From assembly GCA_963782415.1 (NCBI GenBank), contig CAWAJT010000008.1, positions 67,105-131,104 of the forward strand: a DNA stretch of 64,000 nucleotides, written 5' to 3'. This document shows positions 46,995 through 56,128 of this stretch, piece by piece. The stretch is from an uncultured Acidimicrobiaceae bacterium (GTDB lineage: Bacteria > Actinomycetota > Acidimicrobiia > Acidimicrobiales > RAAP-2). A model generated the notes under the pieces. The model did no database searches. It was not told the origin of the DNA and saw only the letters and a list, made by a program, of their open reading frames with translations. Position numbers and translations under genes: made by a program. Each line of letters begins with the position of its first letter. Positions within the stretch are counted from its first letter, which is position 1.

Positions 46995-48228
46995 AACCGA
47001 GATCCAGGCCGAGACCGAGACCGGCAGCACCGGCTACGGCGAGAGCCCGGGGCTGGCCATGGGCCCCGAGATGGCCGCCAACCCGCAGCCCACGTTCAAG
47101 ATGTTGCGTGACGAAATGCCGGTGCTCTCACTCGACATGGGCACCGGACCCGGGGTCCTGTTGTCGCGCAAGGAGGACATCGATTTCGCCCTCCGCCACA
47201 CCGAGATCTTCTCCTCCAACGTGGACGCCGTGGACCTCAAGAACAAGCGGCCCATGATCCCGCTCCAGATCGACCCGCCGGAGCACAAGAAGTTCCGCAA
47301 GCTGCTCGACCCGATCTTCGCGCCGCGCAAGATGGCGGCGATGGACCAGGAGGTCTCGGACCTCGTCAACCATCTCATCGACGGGTTCATCGACCGGGGC
47401 GAGGTCGACTTCGCAAAGGAGTTCTCGGTCCCCTTCCCATCCGAGGTCTTCCTGACGCTTCTTGGCCTGCCGATGGACGAACTCGACACCTTCTTGACCA
47501 TGAAGGACGGGATCATCCGCCCCGAGCACGTGACCGGGACCGCCCAGGGTTCGGCGGAGGCCCAGGCCTACCAGCAGAAGATCGCCGACTCTGTCTACGA
47601 CTACTTCGAGAAGGTGCTCGACGAGCGCGAGAAGGAGCCCCGCGACGATCTCCTCTCGCACTTCCTCGGGGCCGAGGTGGACGGCGACCGTCTCTCCCGT
47701 GAGGACATCCTCGACATCTGCTTCCTCTTTCTCATCGCCGGGCTCGACACGGTCACGGCCACCCTTGACTGCATGTTCGCCTTCCTGTCGGAGCATTCCG
47801 AGCACCGCCGCCAGATCGTCGAGAACCCGGACATCATCCCGAACGCCATCGAGGAGCTTCTCCGCTGGGAGACCCCTGTCATGATGGTGTCGCGCATCGT
47901 CGTCGAAGACACCGAACTGGCCGGGTGCCCGGTGCACAAGGGCGACCACGCCATCGTCATCATCGGATCCGCCAATACCGACGAGGCGGAGTTCCCCGAC
48001 GCCGACGAAGTGCGCTTCGACCGCGAGGTCAACCGTCACATCGCCTTCGGGGGCGGCGTCCACCGCTGCCTGGGCTCGCATCTGGCCCGCTTGGAGCTGC
48101 GGGTGGCCCTGCGCGAGTGGCACAGGCGGATCACCGACTACGAGGTCGAGCCCGATCACACGCTCGTCTACACGACGGGCATCCGCTCCATCGACCACTT
48201 CCCGATGCGGTTCACGGCGAAGACGTAG
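46984..48228 (+). CDS. cytochrome P450
   Basis: Heme-binding loop FGGGVHRCLGSHLA, EXXR (ELLRWE), and I-helix AGLDTVTATL. ATG 46984 after GGAGGAA, overlapping the tetR 3' end by 11 nt. Confidence 0.85.
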   Translation: MASETEIQAETETGSTGYGESPGLAMGPEMAANPQPTFKMLRDEMPVLSLDMGTGPGVLLSRKEDIDFALRHTEIFSSNVDAVDLKNKRPMIPLQIDPPEHKKFRKLLDPIFAPRKMAAMDQEVSDLVNHLIDGFIDRGEVDFAKEFSVPFPSEVFLTLLGLPMDELDTFLTMKDGIIRPEHVTGTAQGSAEAQAYQQKIADSVYDYFEKVLDEREKEPRDDLLSHFLGAEVDGDRLSREDILDICFLFLIAGLDTVTATLDCMFAFLSEHSEHRRQIVENPDIIPNAIEELLRWETPVMMVSRIVVEDTELAGCPVHKGDHAIVIIGSANTDEAEFPDADEVRFDREVNRHIAFGGGVHRCLGSHLARLELRVALREWHRRITDYEVEPDHTLVYTTGIRSIDHFPMRFTAKT

Positions 48229-49699
48229 GCGAAGGCGTCGGCTCGTCTGCACCGCGCCTCCCGCCGTTGGCGACGTGCTCGGTCCAGCGGCCTTCGTGCC
48301 AGTAGCGCAACTCATGGCGCCCGCCGGGGTCCGGGTACCAACCTGACGGTGCGGCGTTGGTTGCCGAAGGTGGGGGACCGGGACGGGCGTGCACCCGAGC
48401 CGAACGGCTCAGTTCGGTCAGGTCGGCGACGAGCTGGTCTGCTTCGTCCACCTGGCGATCACGGAATTCGGCTCGCGCCCGCTTCCCCGCCACGTCCACA
48501 TGGACGGTGGCCAGCCCGAGTGGCCGCTGCAGCGGGCCCTGCACCCGGCGGATGCTCTGGGACTTCTCCAGGGGAACCCACGTGGTCGTCCGGTTCAGGC
48601 GGCCCGTCACGCAGACTGCATGGGCGGCGTCGTGGCCGGCCGACAGGAAGTGAAAGCTCAGTGGCGCCTTGAAGCGGGCCCGGCTCGGGGGCGCAGAGCG
48701 CGCCGGATCGGGTGCGCCCAGCAGGCGCGCGATGAGATGCCACGAGTCCTGCTGCGAACCAACCGGGAGCAGCGCCTTGCGGACGACACCCGTGCCCTCG
48801 CTGCGCTGGTTGCGGGCCGTCGCCCCGGCGACGTCGACCTCGAGGCGCACCCAGCCGAAGGGTCGCCAGAGGAGAGGCTCCACCTGACGGACCGCCTGTA
48901 TCCGCGGGTAGGGGACGGTCTCGGAGATCGTCTGCAGGAGCCCGCGCCGGATGCGCACCCCCTCGGGCGCCTCGACGGCGATGAAGGCGTACTGGCCGGA
49001 CAGGCGCCGCCAGATCACACCGGCGGCACTGAGGAGATAGACGGCGAGTAGCCCCGCCAAGGCGGCCGCCGTCTTCGGCTCGAACTGGTCGAGGACGGCC
49101 AGAGCAGCGATGGTGCCGGCGACGACGATGGTGATGAGCGACAGGAAGGTCGAGGCGAGCAGGCGACCGGTGTCGACACTCGCCATCGGGAGGCCCGTGT
49201 TGCTTGACACGGCGACCTCCGCGTCGATGTGCCCGGCGAGAAGGGCGACGCGAAGCTCGGCCGCCTGAGACTCGGAGAGGTAGGCCAGCTTGCCGTCGGT
49301 GGACCCCGATCCGGCCAAACGCACGCGCAGCTCGGACACGCCGAGGAGGCGCGCCAGGAGCGGCCGGACGATGTCCACCGCCTGAATCCGAGCCAGCGGC
49401 AGCCGGCGGGAATCCTTGCGAATCAGTCCGGTCTCAATGCGCAAGGTGTCTCCCTCGAAGCGCCAGCGGGTCACCATCCAGTGGACGTAGCCGTAGACGA
49501 CCGATGCCAGGGTGAACACGACCAGGTAGGCGGTCTCGGCGCGGCCGTTCTCCACCTTCGAATGGATCGTGGACACGACGAAGAGGAGGACGAGGGCCGG
49601 CACGATCCGTCCGACGCGGGCCACTGGCGTGAGCGGGTGGAGCCTGCACCAGCCGTCATCGGCCTCGGGCGGCAACAGAGCCGGCCCGGCGTCGCTCAC
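48212..49699 (-). CDS. YdbT-like membrane protein with three bPH_2 (bacterial PH) domains and a C-terminal DUF2510 domain
   Basis: Two N-terminal TM helices and repeated bPH_2 segments; C-terminal SGWYPDPGGRHELRYWHEGRWTEHV. GTG 49699 overlaps the ydbS stop (GTGA). Confidence 0.65.
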   Translation of the reverse strand: MSDAGPALLPPEADDGWCRLHPLTPVARVGRIVPALVLLFVVSTIHSKVENGRAETAYLVVFTLASVVYGYVHWMVTRWRFEGDTLRIETGLIRKDSRRLPLARIQAVDIVRPLLARLLGVSELRVRLAGSGSTDGKLAYLSESQAAELRVALLAGHIDAEVAVSSNTGLPMASVDTGRLLASTFLSLITIVVAGTIAALAVLDQFEPKTAAALAGLLAVYLLSAAGVIWRRLSGQYAFIAVEAPEGVRIRRGLLQTISETVPYPRIQAVRQVEPLLWRPFGWVRLEVDVAGATARNQRSEGTGVVRKALLPVGSQQDSWHLIARLLGAPDPARSAPPSRARFKAPLSFHFLSAGHDAAHAVCVTGRLNRTTTWVPLEKSQSIRRVQGPLQRPLGLATVHVDVAGKRARAEFRDRQVDEADQLVADLTELSRSARVHARPGPPPSATNAAPSGWYPDPGGRHELRYWHEGRWTEHVANGGRRGADEPTPSPTSSP

Positions 49700-50175
49700 A
49701 TTCCCGCCGCCATCGACTCGCCCAACTCGGTCAACCGGTCCCGCAAGCGCGCCGCCTCGGTGCGCTCGAGCCCGGGAATGCGGGCATCGCTGGCCGCGGC
49801 CGCCGTATGGAGCTTGACGGTCGACAGCTGGAAGAGGCGTTCGATCGGCCCCGCCGTCACCTCGACGAACTGCATGCGTCCGTAGGGAACAACGGAAAGC
49901 CGTCGGACCATGACACCGCGGGCGACGATCAGGTCCTCATGGCGTTCCTGATAACGCCAGGCCCCGAACCGTCGTCGGAGGAACCACGAGAGCAGTCCGC
50001 CGAGCAGCAACACGACGGCGGCGCTGACGATGCCCGGCAGCGGGCCACCCGCCGCGAAGAACATGATTCCGAACAACGCGGCGAGCATCACCGAGATCAC
50101 GGCGGCCTCCATCCGGCGCATCCGCCACAGACCCCGCGAAGGACGGAGCCAGGGTTGTTCGTTCTCCATCGTCAT
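49696..50175 (-). CDS. YdbS-like bPH_2 domain membrane protein
   Basis: Two TM helices plus a PH-like domain; operon partner of the ydbT-like gene. Confidence 0.65.
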   Translation of the reverse strand: MTMENEQPWLRPSRGLWRMRRMEAAVISVMLAALFGIMFFAAGGPLPGIVSAAVVLLLGGLLSWFLRRRFGAWRYQERHEDLIVARGVMVRRLSVVPYGRMQFVEVTAGPIERLFQLSTVKLHTAAAASDARIPGLERTEAARLRDRLTELGESMAAGM

Positions 50176-50216
50176 GCGTCTGACGTTAAAGGCGTCATGC
50201 GTCTGACGTTAAAGGC
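50171..50216. repeat. perfect 23-bp tandem duplication GTCATGCGTCTGACGTTAAAGGC x2 spanning the ydbS start codon and 5' region
   Basis: Direct reading of 50171-50193 and 50194-50216; contains alternating CGTCA/TGACG inverted repeats. Confidence 0.85.
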
Positions 50217-50298
50217 AAGGTCTCGATCCAGGGCTGCAATTGTGAACCAGTTGGCGGTTCGTCGACAAGAGCGGGTGCCGTTGGCACTGCAGCCGGTC

Positions 50299-50317
50299 CG
50301 GCCGGCTCACCCGGCCG
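50299..50317 (-). terminator. hairpin CGGCCGG-ctcac-CCGGCCG downstream of the 50380..51090 gene
   Basis: 7-bp perfect stem about 60 nt after the stop codon on the minus strand. Confidence 0.3.
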
Positions 50318-50379
50318 ACACGCGGCCGACCCCGGACAGGCAGTTGACCGGCTGCCGCTGGTACCGGCTCTTTGGCGAC

Positions 50380-51090
50380 TCAGGAGAGCGGCGACCAACT
50401 TGCGCTGCGCAGCAGCCGGCTCTCCCAGCGATCGCGCACCTCGAGCGCGTCGTGCAACCAGGTCCCCGGTGCGGATGCCTCGGGCGGGAGGTCGTGCCCG
50501 AGCATCCACATGACCGCCTTCGTGTTGACGACGCGCTGCCACAGGATCACCTCTGTCGTCTGGTGCGTGCCGAAGACCGGTTGGAAGGCGGCCTCCAATT
50601 CGATCATGCCGACGCCTTCTTCCTTCTGGCTGCTCAGCGTGTGGTCGTAGAGCGTGCCCGCCTTGGCCAGGTAGGCCTGGAGCCCGCCGGCGAAGGGCCA
50701 AGCCGTGTCCTCCATGAAGAGCGAGTTCTTGTGGGTCTCGCCGTCCACCGGCACGGTGGTGAAGTCGATCTCCTGGAGAGGCGACCAGGGCACGGGCTGC
50801 ACCACCTTGGCCGTGGTCGAGTGCCGCATGGCGTCGACCTTGGCCGACCAGGCGGCGAGGTCGCCGCCGCGGACGCGCTCGGCCAGCGTCGCCCACGCCG
50901 CCGCGTCACGGCAGCCCGTGATGGTGACCACCGTGTAGGCCTGCCCGCTCCCGTGGGCCAGGCGCAGGTACCACAGCAACCGGGAGCCGTCGGATGTGGC
51001 CAGCGCCGGCATGTACTCCTCGCGGAAGGCGTCGTCGAAGGCGTCCTCCTGGGCGCCCGCGACCTGATGGACTTGGTGAAGCAGATACAC
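50380..51090 (-). CDS. hypothetical protein, possibly tandem dimeric alpha/beta-barrel (NIPSNAP/Dabb-like) domains
   Basis: Two ~110-aa halves with alternating beta/alpha patterns; no confident family assignment. Confidence 0.4.
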   Translation of the reverse strand: MYLLHQVHQVAGAQEDAFDDAFREEYMPALATSDGSRLLWYLRLAHGSGQAYTVVTITGCRDAAAWATLAERVRGGDLAAWSAKVDAMRHSTTAKVVQPVPWSPLQEIDFTTVPVDGETHKNSLFMEDTAWPFAGGLQAYLAKAGTLYDHTLSSQKEEGVGMIELEAAFQPVFGTHQTTEVILWQRVVNTKAVMWMLGHDLPPEASAPGTWLHDALEVRDRWESRLLRSASWSPLS

Positions 51091-51145
51091 GGTCTGTACC
51101 CCCCTGGTCGTGGCTGTGTGCAGCGAACTCGCGATGGACGACGGC

Positions 51146-51919
51146 TCAGCGTGTGGTGGCGATTCCCCCGTCCACCGCGATGATGGCGCCGGTCAGGTAG
51201 GCCCCCGCTCGCGAGGACAGGTAGATCGCCGCCCCGGCCATGTCGTCGGGCCGGCCGATGCGCTTGAGCGGCGCGCTCGAGGCGATCTGTTCCCCGAAGG
51301 CCTCCAGTGTGGCGGCCATCATCTTGGACTCGAAGGGCCCCGGGGCGATGGCGTTCACGGTCACCAGCGGCGCCAAGCGCTTGGCCAGGTGGCGCGTGAG
51401 CTGGTGCACGGCGGCCTTCGACGCGCTGTAGGAGTAGGTCTCCAGCGCCGGCACCCCGATGCCGTCGATGGAACCGATGTTGATGACCCGGGCCGGGGAT
51501 TCCACCGTCCCTGCCGACTCCAGCAGCGGGACGAGGAACTTGGTCAGGTGGAAGACGCCCTTGACATTGAGGGCGAGCACACGCTCGAACGCGGCCTCGT
51601 CGAAGTCGGCGAGGGGTGCGCCCCATGTGGCGCCGGCGTTGTTCACGAGAATGTCGAGCGAGGACTCCCGCGCCCCGATCTCCTCGGCCAGGCGGCGGCA
51701 CTCCGCCTCGGTGGACAGGTCGGCCGGGACGGCGATGCAGGTGCCCTTCTGCGACAGCGCGGCGGCGACCTCCTCACAGACCTCAGCCTTGCGGGACGAG
51801 ATGTAGACCTTCACACCGGCGTCCACGAAGCCCTCGGCGATCATCTTGCCGATGCCGCGGCTCCCGCCGGTGACCAGGGCCGTCTTCCCGGCGATGTCGA
51901 AGAGGTCCGAGGCCGTCAT
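51146..51919 (-). CDS. SDR-family short-chain dehydrogenase/reductase
   Basis: TGGSRGIG cofactor motif, NNAG, and YxxxK (YSASK). ATG 51919. Confidence 0.85.
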   Translation of the reverse strand: MTASDLFDIAGKTALVTGGSRGIGKMIAEGFVDAGVKVYISSRKAEVCEEVAAALSQKGTCIAVPADLSTEAECRRLAEEIGARESSLDILVNNAGATWGAPLADFDEAAFERVLALNVKGVFHLTKFLVPLLESAGTVESPARVINIGSIDGIGVPALETYSYSASKAAVHQLTRHLAKRLAPLVTVNAIAPGPFESKMMAATLEAFGEQIASSAPLKRIGRPDDMAGAAIYLSSRAGAYLTGAIIAVDGGIATTR

Positions 51920-51941
51920 CGGCCCATTGTGGCCGCTGGGC

Positions 51942-53120
51942 TCATGGTGCGGCCAGTGCCAGGGCACTGCGGGCCAGCACGCTCGCCCCGACCCGCAGGG
52001 ACTCGTCCTCGACGAGGAAGGTCGGGCTGTGGTGCATGCCGCTCGAGCCGTCCGCGGCGCCGCCTCCCACGAAGAAGTAGCAGCCCGGCAGATGGCGGAG
52101 GAACTCGCTCACGTCGTCGCTCGGCGACACCGGCGGCATGCGGAACACCTGGTCCGGCCCCAACACCACGCTTGCCTCGGCTTCGACCACCGCCGTGGCC
52201 TCAGCGTCGTTCACCACGGCCCGCGTGTGCTCGGGGAGCTCCAACTCCACGTGGACGCCCTGGCCGTCGGCGACGTCGTCGCACAGCTGCTGCAGGCGGA
52301 CGAGCGCTTCCTCGTGCTGGGCCTCGGTGAAGGTGCGCAGGGTGCCGGTCACCCGGGCCGAGGTCGGCACCACGTTCACCGCGGTGCCGGCATGGATGGT
52401 GCCGGCGCTGCACACGCAATCGGCCTCCTCGTAGCGCAGGCCCGACGCCACCTCGCCCAGCCGGCTCACGAGCTCGGCCGTGGCCCGGATGACGTCGCCC
52501 TGGGCCGACGGCATGGCACCGTGCCCACCCGGCCCGCTCAGCGTGATGCGCAACGAGTTCGCCTCCGACATGGCGATGCCGGCGCGCAGGGCGACGAACC
52601 CCGAGGGGAACTGGGAGGTGACATGGAAGCCGACGAGGAGCGCTCCCTCCATGGCGGTGAGCGCCCCGCGCTCGAGCATCCGCTTGGCGCCGCACAAGGC
52701 CTCCTCGGCGGGCTGGAAGAGGAAGACGTAGCGCCCCGGGAGGTCCTCGCGCCGGGCGGCCAACAACGATGCGGCACCGAGCATGGAGGCGACGTGCACG
52801 TCGTGGCCGCAGGCGTGCATGATGCCCTCGACCTCCGAGTGGACCGAGCGCGCCGCGTCCTCGTGCACCGGCAACCCGTCGATGTCGCCCCGCAGGACGA
52901 CGCTCTGTCCCGGCCTCCCTCCCTCCATGGTGAAGATGCCGCCGGTCTCCGTCGTGCGCAGCGTCTCGGCGATGCCGAGAGCCGCCATGTGCTCGCGGAT
53001 GAGCGCCGTCGTCTCGTGCTCCTCGAAGGCCAGTTCGGGCCGGCGGTGCAGCGCTCGCCGCCGGTCGACCATATCGTCGAACACGGCGTCGGCAGGAGCC
53101 GGCCCCAACAGGTCGGTCAC
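51942..53120 (-). CDS. M20D-family amidohydrolase (N-acyl-L-amino-acid amidohydrolase / hippurate hydrolase-like)
   Basis: HACGHDVH metal-binding motif and an M20 dimerisation domain. Confidence 0.8.
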   Translation of the reverse strand: MTDLLGPAPADAVFDDMVDRRRALHRRPELAFEEHETTALIREHMAALGIAETLRTTETGGIFTMEGGRPGQSVVLRGDIDGLPVHEDAARSVHSEVEGIMHACGHDVHVASMLGAASLLAARREDLPGRYVFLFQPAEEALCGAKRMLERGALTAMEGALLVGFHVTSQFPSGFVALRAGIAMSEANSLRITLSGPGGHGAMPSAQGDVIRATAELVSRLGEVASGLRYEEADCVCSAGTIHAGTAVNVVPTSARVTGTLRTFTEAQHEEALVRLQQLCDDVADGQGVHVELELPEHTRAVVNDAEATAVVEAEASVVLGPDQVFRMPPVSPSDDVSEFLRHLPGCYFFVGGGAADGSSGMHHSPTFLVEDESLRVGASVLARSALALAAP

Positions 53121-53121
53121 G

Positions 53122-54357
53122 TCACCGGCTCAACAGGTCCCGCGCAATGTGGGTCACCTGAATTTCGTCGGTGCCCGCGTAAATCTGGAAGACCTTGGCG
53201 TCGCGGGCGAGCTGCTCGACCCGGAACTCGGACATGTAGCCATTCCCGCCGAAGAGCTGCACCGCCTCCATCGCCACCTCGGAGGCCGCCTCCGCGGAGT
53301 AGAGCTTCATGGCTGACGCCTCGGCCAACGTCAGGCTCTTGCCGGCGGCCGCCATCTCAATGTGGCGGAACACGAGGTTCTCAACGTTGAGCCGAGCGAT
53401 CTCCATTTTCGCCAACTTGAGCTGAATGAGCTGGAACTCCGAGATCGGCCGCTCCCAGAGCATGCGGTCCTTGGCGTACTGGACGGACAGCTTGAGGCAC
53501 TCTTCAATGAGTCCGAGCGACATGGCGGCCACCCCGGCGCGCTCGGTGACGAAGTTGCCTTTGGCGCTCTCGCGCCCTTCGTTGCCTCCGGGCGTTCCCT
53601 CCGTCTCGCCGAGGAGCCGATCCGTCCCGGCGCGCACATCGGTGAGGAAGAGCTCACCGGTCGGTGAGGAGTGCAGCCCCATTTTGCGGAAGGGCTTGGA
53701 CTGTTGCAGCCCGGCCATCCCGCTGTCGAGGATGAAGGTCAGGACCGGCCGCTGGCGCAGCGGCGTGCCGCTGCCGTCGTCGAGCTTCGCGTAGAAGACG
53801 ATGGTGTCGGCGTATGGGCCGTTCGTGATGAACGTCTTGTTGCCGTTCAGTAGGTACTCGTCGCCGTCGCGCACCGCGGTCGACTTCATGCCGCCGAGGG
53901 CGTCGGATCCCGAGTCGGGCTCGGTGATGGCCCAGGCACCCACCTTGTCGAGCGTCATGAGATCGAGGCCCCAGCGCTCCATCTGTGCCGGTGTGCCGCC
54001 CTTCATGATGGTGCCGCCCGCCAATCCGGTGCTCACTCCGAGAGCGGTGACGATGCCGGGGCAGTAGTGGCACAGCTCAATGATCGGGATCATGGTCATG
54101 GCCGCGTTGGACCCGCCCTCGGCCCTCTCCGCGGACGTGCCTTGGGCGTCGCCGCCCGCGGCCTTCCGTTCGATGGCCCGCTTGGCCGAGTCCCGGGCCA
54201 GGGCGTCGAGACCGAAGGTCCGGTACAGCTTGCGGATCACCTCGTAGGGCGGCGTCTCGCCGTGCTCGAGCTCCTCGACGTTGGGCTTGACCTCTTCGTC
54301 GACGAAACGTCGCACCGCGTCGCGGATCGCCAGCTGCTCTTCGGACCACTCGAACAT
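53122..54357 (-). CDS. acyl-CoA dehydrogenase
   Basis: ACAD motifs (GSDALGGMKSTAVRDGDEYLLNGNKTFITNG; C-terminal QIYAGTDEIQ). Confidence 0.85.
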   Translation of the reverse strand: MFEWSEEQLAIRDAVRRFVDEEVKPNVEELEHGETPPYEVIRKLYRTFGLDALARDSAKRAIERKAAGGDAQGTSAERAEGGSNAAMTMIPIIELCHYCPGIVTALGVSTGLAGGTIMKGGTPAQMERWGLDLMTLDKVGAWAITEPDSGSDALGGMKSTAVRDGDEYLLNGNKTFITNGPYADTIVFYAKLDDGSGTPLRQRPVLTFILDSGMAGLQQSKPFRKMGLHSSPTGELFLTDVRAGTDRLLGETEGTPGGNEGRESAKGNFVTERAGVAAMSLGLIEECLKLSVQYAKDRMLWERPISEFQLIQLKLAKMEIARLNVENLVFRHIEMAAAGKSLTLAEASAMKLYSAEAASEVAMEAVQLFGGNGYMSEFRVEQLARDAKVFQIYAGTDEIQVTHIARDLLSR

Positions 54358-54420
54358 GTCGTGCCTTCCTGGTTGCCCCCCCGCTGCCCCGCTCCCGCCG
54401 GGCGACCCTACCGGTCGCCT

Positions 54421-54987
54421 CTAGGCTTCGGCGATCTTGCGCAGGGTGTTCAGATCGGTGTGGACGACCTCTTCGGGCAATCGGGCGTGCTTGATCACCG
54501 TCGTCTCCGTGTAGGAGAACTCGTCCTCCACGCTGGTGTCGATCGTGACTTCGTAGCGAATGGCCTGGGCGTTCTTGTCCAGCCAGTTGTTCGACAGGAT
54601 CCCGTAGGTCCGGCTGCCGACGCTGGCGTGCAGCGTGAACTTGGTGTCGTCGGCTGCGACCACGGCGCCGGCGACGATCGCCGAGCCCCGGGGGATCAAG
54701 AAGCAACGGACGACCTCGCTGTCGCGGGCGTCCCACATCCAATAGCCCACCTCGGTATGGAAGGGATTGTCCTCCCCGCCTCGCCAGGCCGCCATGCGGT
54801 AGTCGAGGCCGTAGAGGACCTGGCTCCCGTTCTCCACCGGCCCGAACGGCTTGAAGTCGATGTGCTCGCGGTAGGGGGTGAGGCCGATCTCCCCCTTCTC
54901 GTTGGCGTAGGCGACGTCCTCGCCCTTCTCGCCCTCCCAGATACCTGCCAGCCGGGCCAACGGCCCCCACTCAGGTCCTGCGCTCAA
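54421..54987 (-). CDS. nitrobindin/FABP-like beta-barrel (DUF1794-like) protein
   Basis: LARLAGIWEGEKGE...YPT-like N-terminal motif and an 8-10 strand beta pattern; moderate similarity only. Confidence 0.45.
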   Translation of the reverse strand: MSAGPEWGPLARLAGIWEGEKGEDVAYANEKGEIGLTPYREHIDFKPFGPVENGSQVLYGLDYRMAAWRGGEDNPFHTEVGYWMWDARDSEVVRCFLIPRGSAIVAGAVVAADDTKFTLHASVGSRTYGILSNNWLDKNAQAIRYEVTIDTSVEDEFSYTETTVIKHARLPEEVVHTDLNTLRKIAEA

Positions 54988-55104
54988 GTCTCCTCCTCAC
55001 GGTTATCACGGCACGGTTCTCGGCCGCGTTTTGCGCTCCTGTCCGTGGTGACACGCCACGTCCCGCGTTCACCGCCAGCTTAGGTCCTGGCGCCGGTCGC
55101 TCTC

Positions 55105-55125
55105 CGACCCGCCGCTCGAGCGGGT
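55105..55125 (-). terminator. hairpin GACCCG-ccgctcgag-CGGGTC immediately after the pstA stop
   Basis: 6-bp perfect stem starting 1 nt downstream of the pstA stop codon. Confidence 0.35.
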
Positions 55126-56082
55126 CTACCGCGGGGGGATCCCCTCTGCGAGGCCGAGCAGCGGCTCGTCGGCCTGGCGGCGCCCTCGACGCCGTCCAGA
55201 GGACCGTGCGCCCTCCGCATGGCGCTGGGTCCTCGCCACGATGACCCGGCTCGCCACCAGCAACAAGAGGACGAGGACCACGAGGATGAGCGCGGCGTCA
55301 TAGGAGAGATAGTGGTAGTTCTGTTGGGGCGCGTTGTAGTACGAGAAGACGACGTAGGTCAGGTATGGGAACGACCCATGCGTCAGGGAGTGCGGCAGGG
55401 TGGGCGCGAAGTTGGCCGTGTAGATGAGTGGGGCCGTCTCGCCCGCCGCGATAGCCAAGGCGAGCAGGAGGCCCGTGACGATGCCCGGCAGGGCGCTCTT
55501 GAGGACCACCTTGCGAAGTCCGTAACCGACGGACATCCCGAGGGCCTCCGCCCCCTCGCGGTACGCCGTGGGTACCTGGCGCAACGAGTTCTCCGTGGTC
55601 TTGGCGATGTAGGGGATCACCATGATGGAGAGGATGATCAGGGCGGCCAGCAGTGAAAAGCCCCAGCCCAGCCCGACGACCAACGCCACGTAGCCCACGT
55701 AGCCCAGCACGATGGAGGGAAAACCCGTAAGGATGTCCGACGCCGTGCGCAGCGGTCCGCTCAGTTTGCCGCTGCGCTTGTCCGGCCGGGCCATCTCCGA
55801 CAAGTGGATGCCGGCCAGTACGCCGACGGTGCCGGCGATGAGCAAGACCCCGAGCATGAGGACCAGCGTGCCCAGGATTTGGTCGCGCAGTCCGCCCCCC
55901 GCTGGGGTCAGCTTGGTCCACAGCACGTCCCAGTGCCAGTGCGGGAGCGCTTTTGTCAGGACGCCGACGAGGAGCCAGGCGGCGGGCGCCATGATGAAGA
56001 ACAGGGCCACGTACGTGAGCACGCGCCAGATTTCCGTGGAGACCCGACGCCGCCGCGTGGCGGTCCCGGCGGCCAGCGACAT
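55126..56082 (-). CDS. pstA: phosphate ABC transporter permease PstA
   Basis: PstA TM pattern and EAA loop (AYREGAEALGMSVGYGLRKVVL). ATG 56082 after GGGAGGGG. Confidence 0.85.
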   Translation of the reverse strand: MSLAAGTATRRRRVSTEIWRVLTYVALFFIMAPAAWLLVGVLTKALPHWHWDVLWTKLTPAGGGLRDQILGTLVLMLGVLLIAGTVGVLAGIHLSEMARPDKRSGKLSGPLRTASDILTGFPSIVLGYVGYVALVVGLGWGFSLLAALIILSIMVIPYIAKTTENSLRQVPTAYREGAEALGMSVGYGLRKVVLKSALPGIVTGLLLALAIAAGETAPLIYTANFAPTLPHSLTHGSFPYLTYVVFSYYNAPQQNYHYLSYDAALILVVLVLLLLVASRVIVARTQRHAEGARSSGRRRGRRQADEPLLGLAEGIPPR

Positions 56083-56128
56083 CAGGCCCCTCCCACCGGA
56101 GCGTGCACCCGGCCGGTGCGGTTGACGA

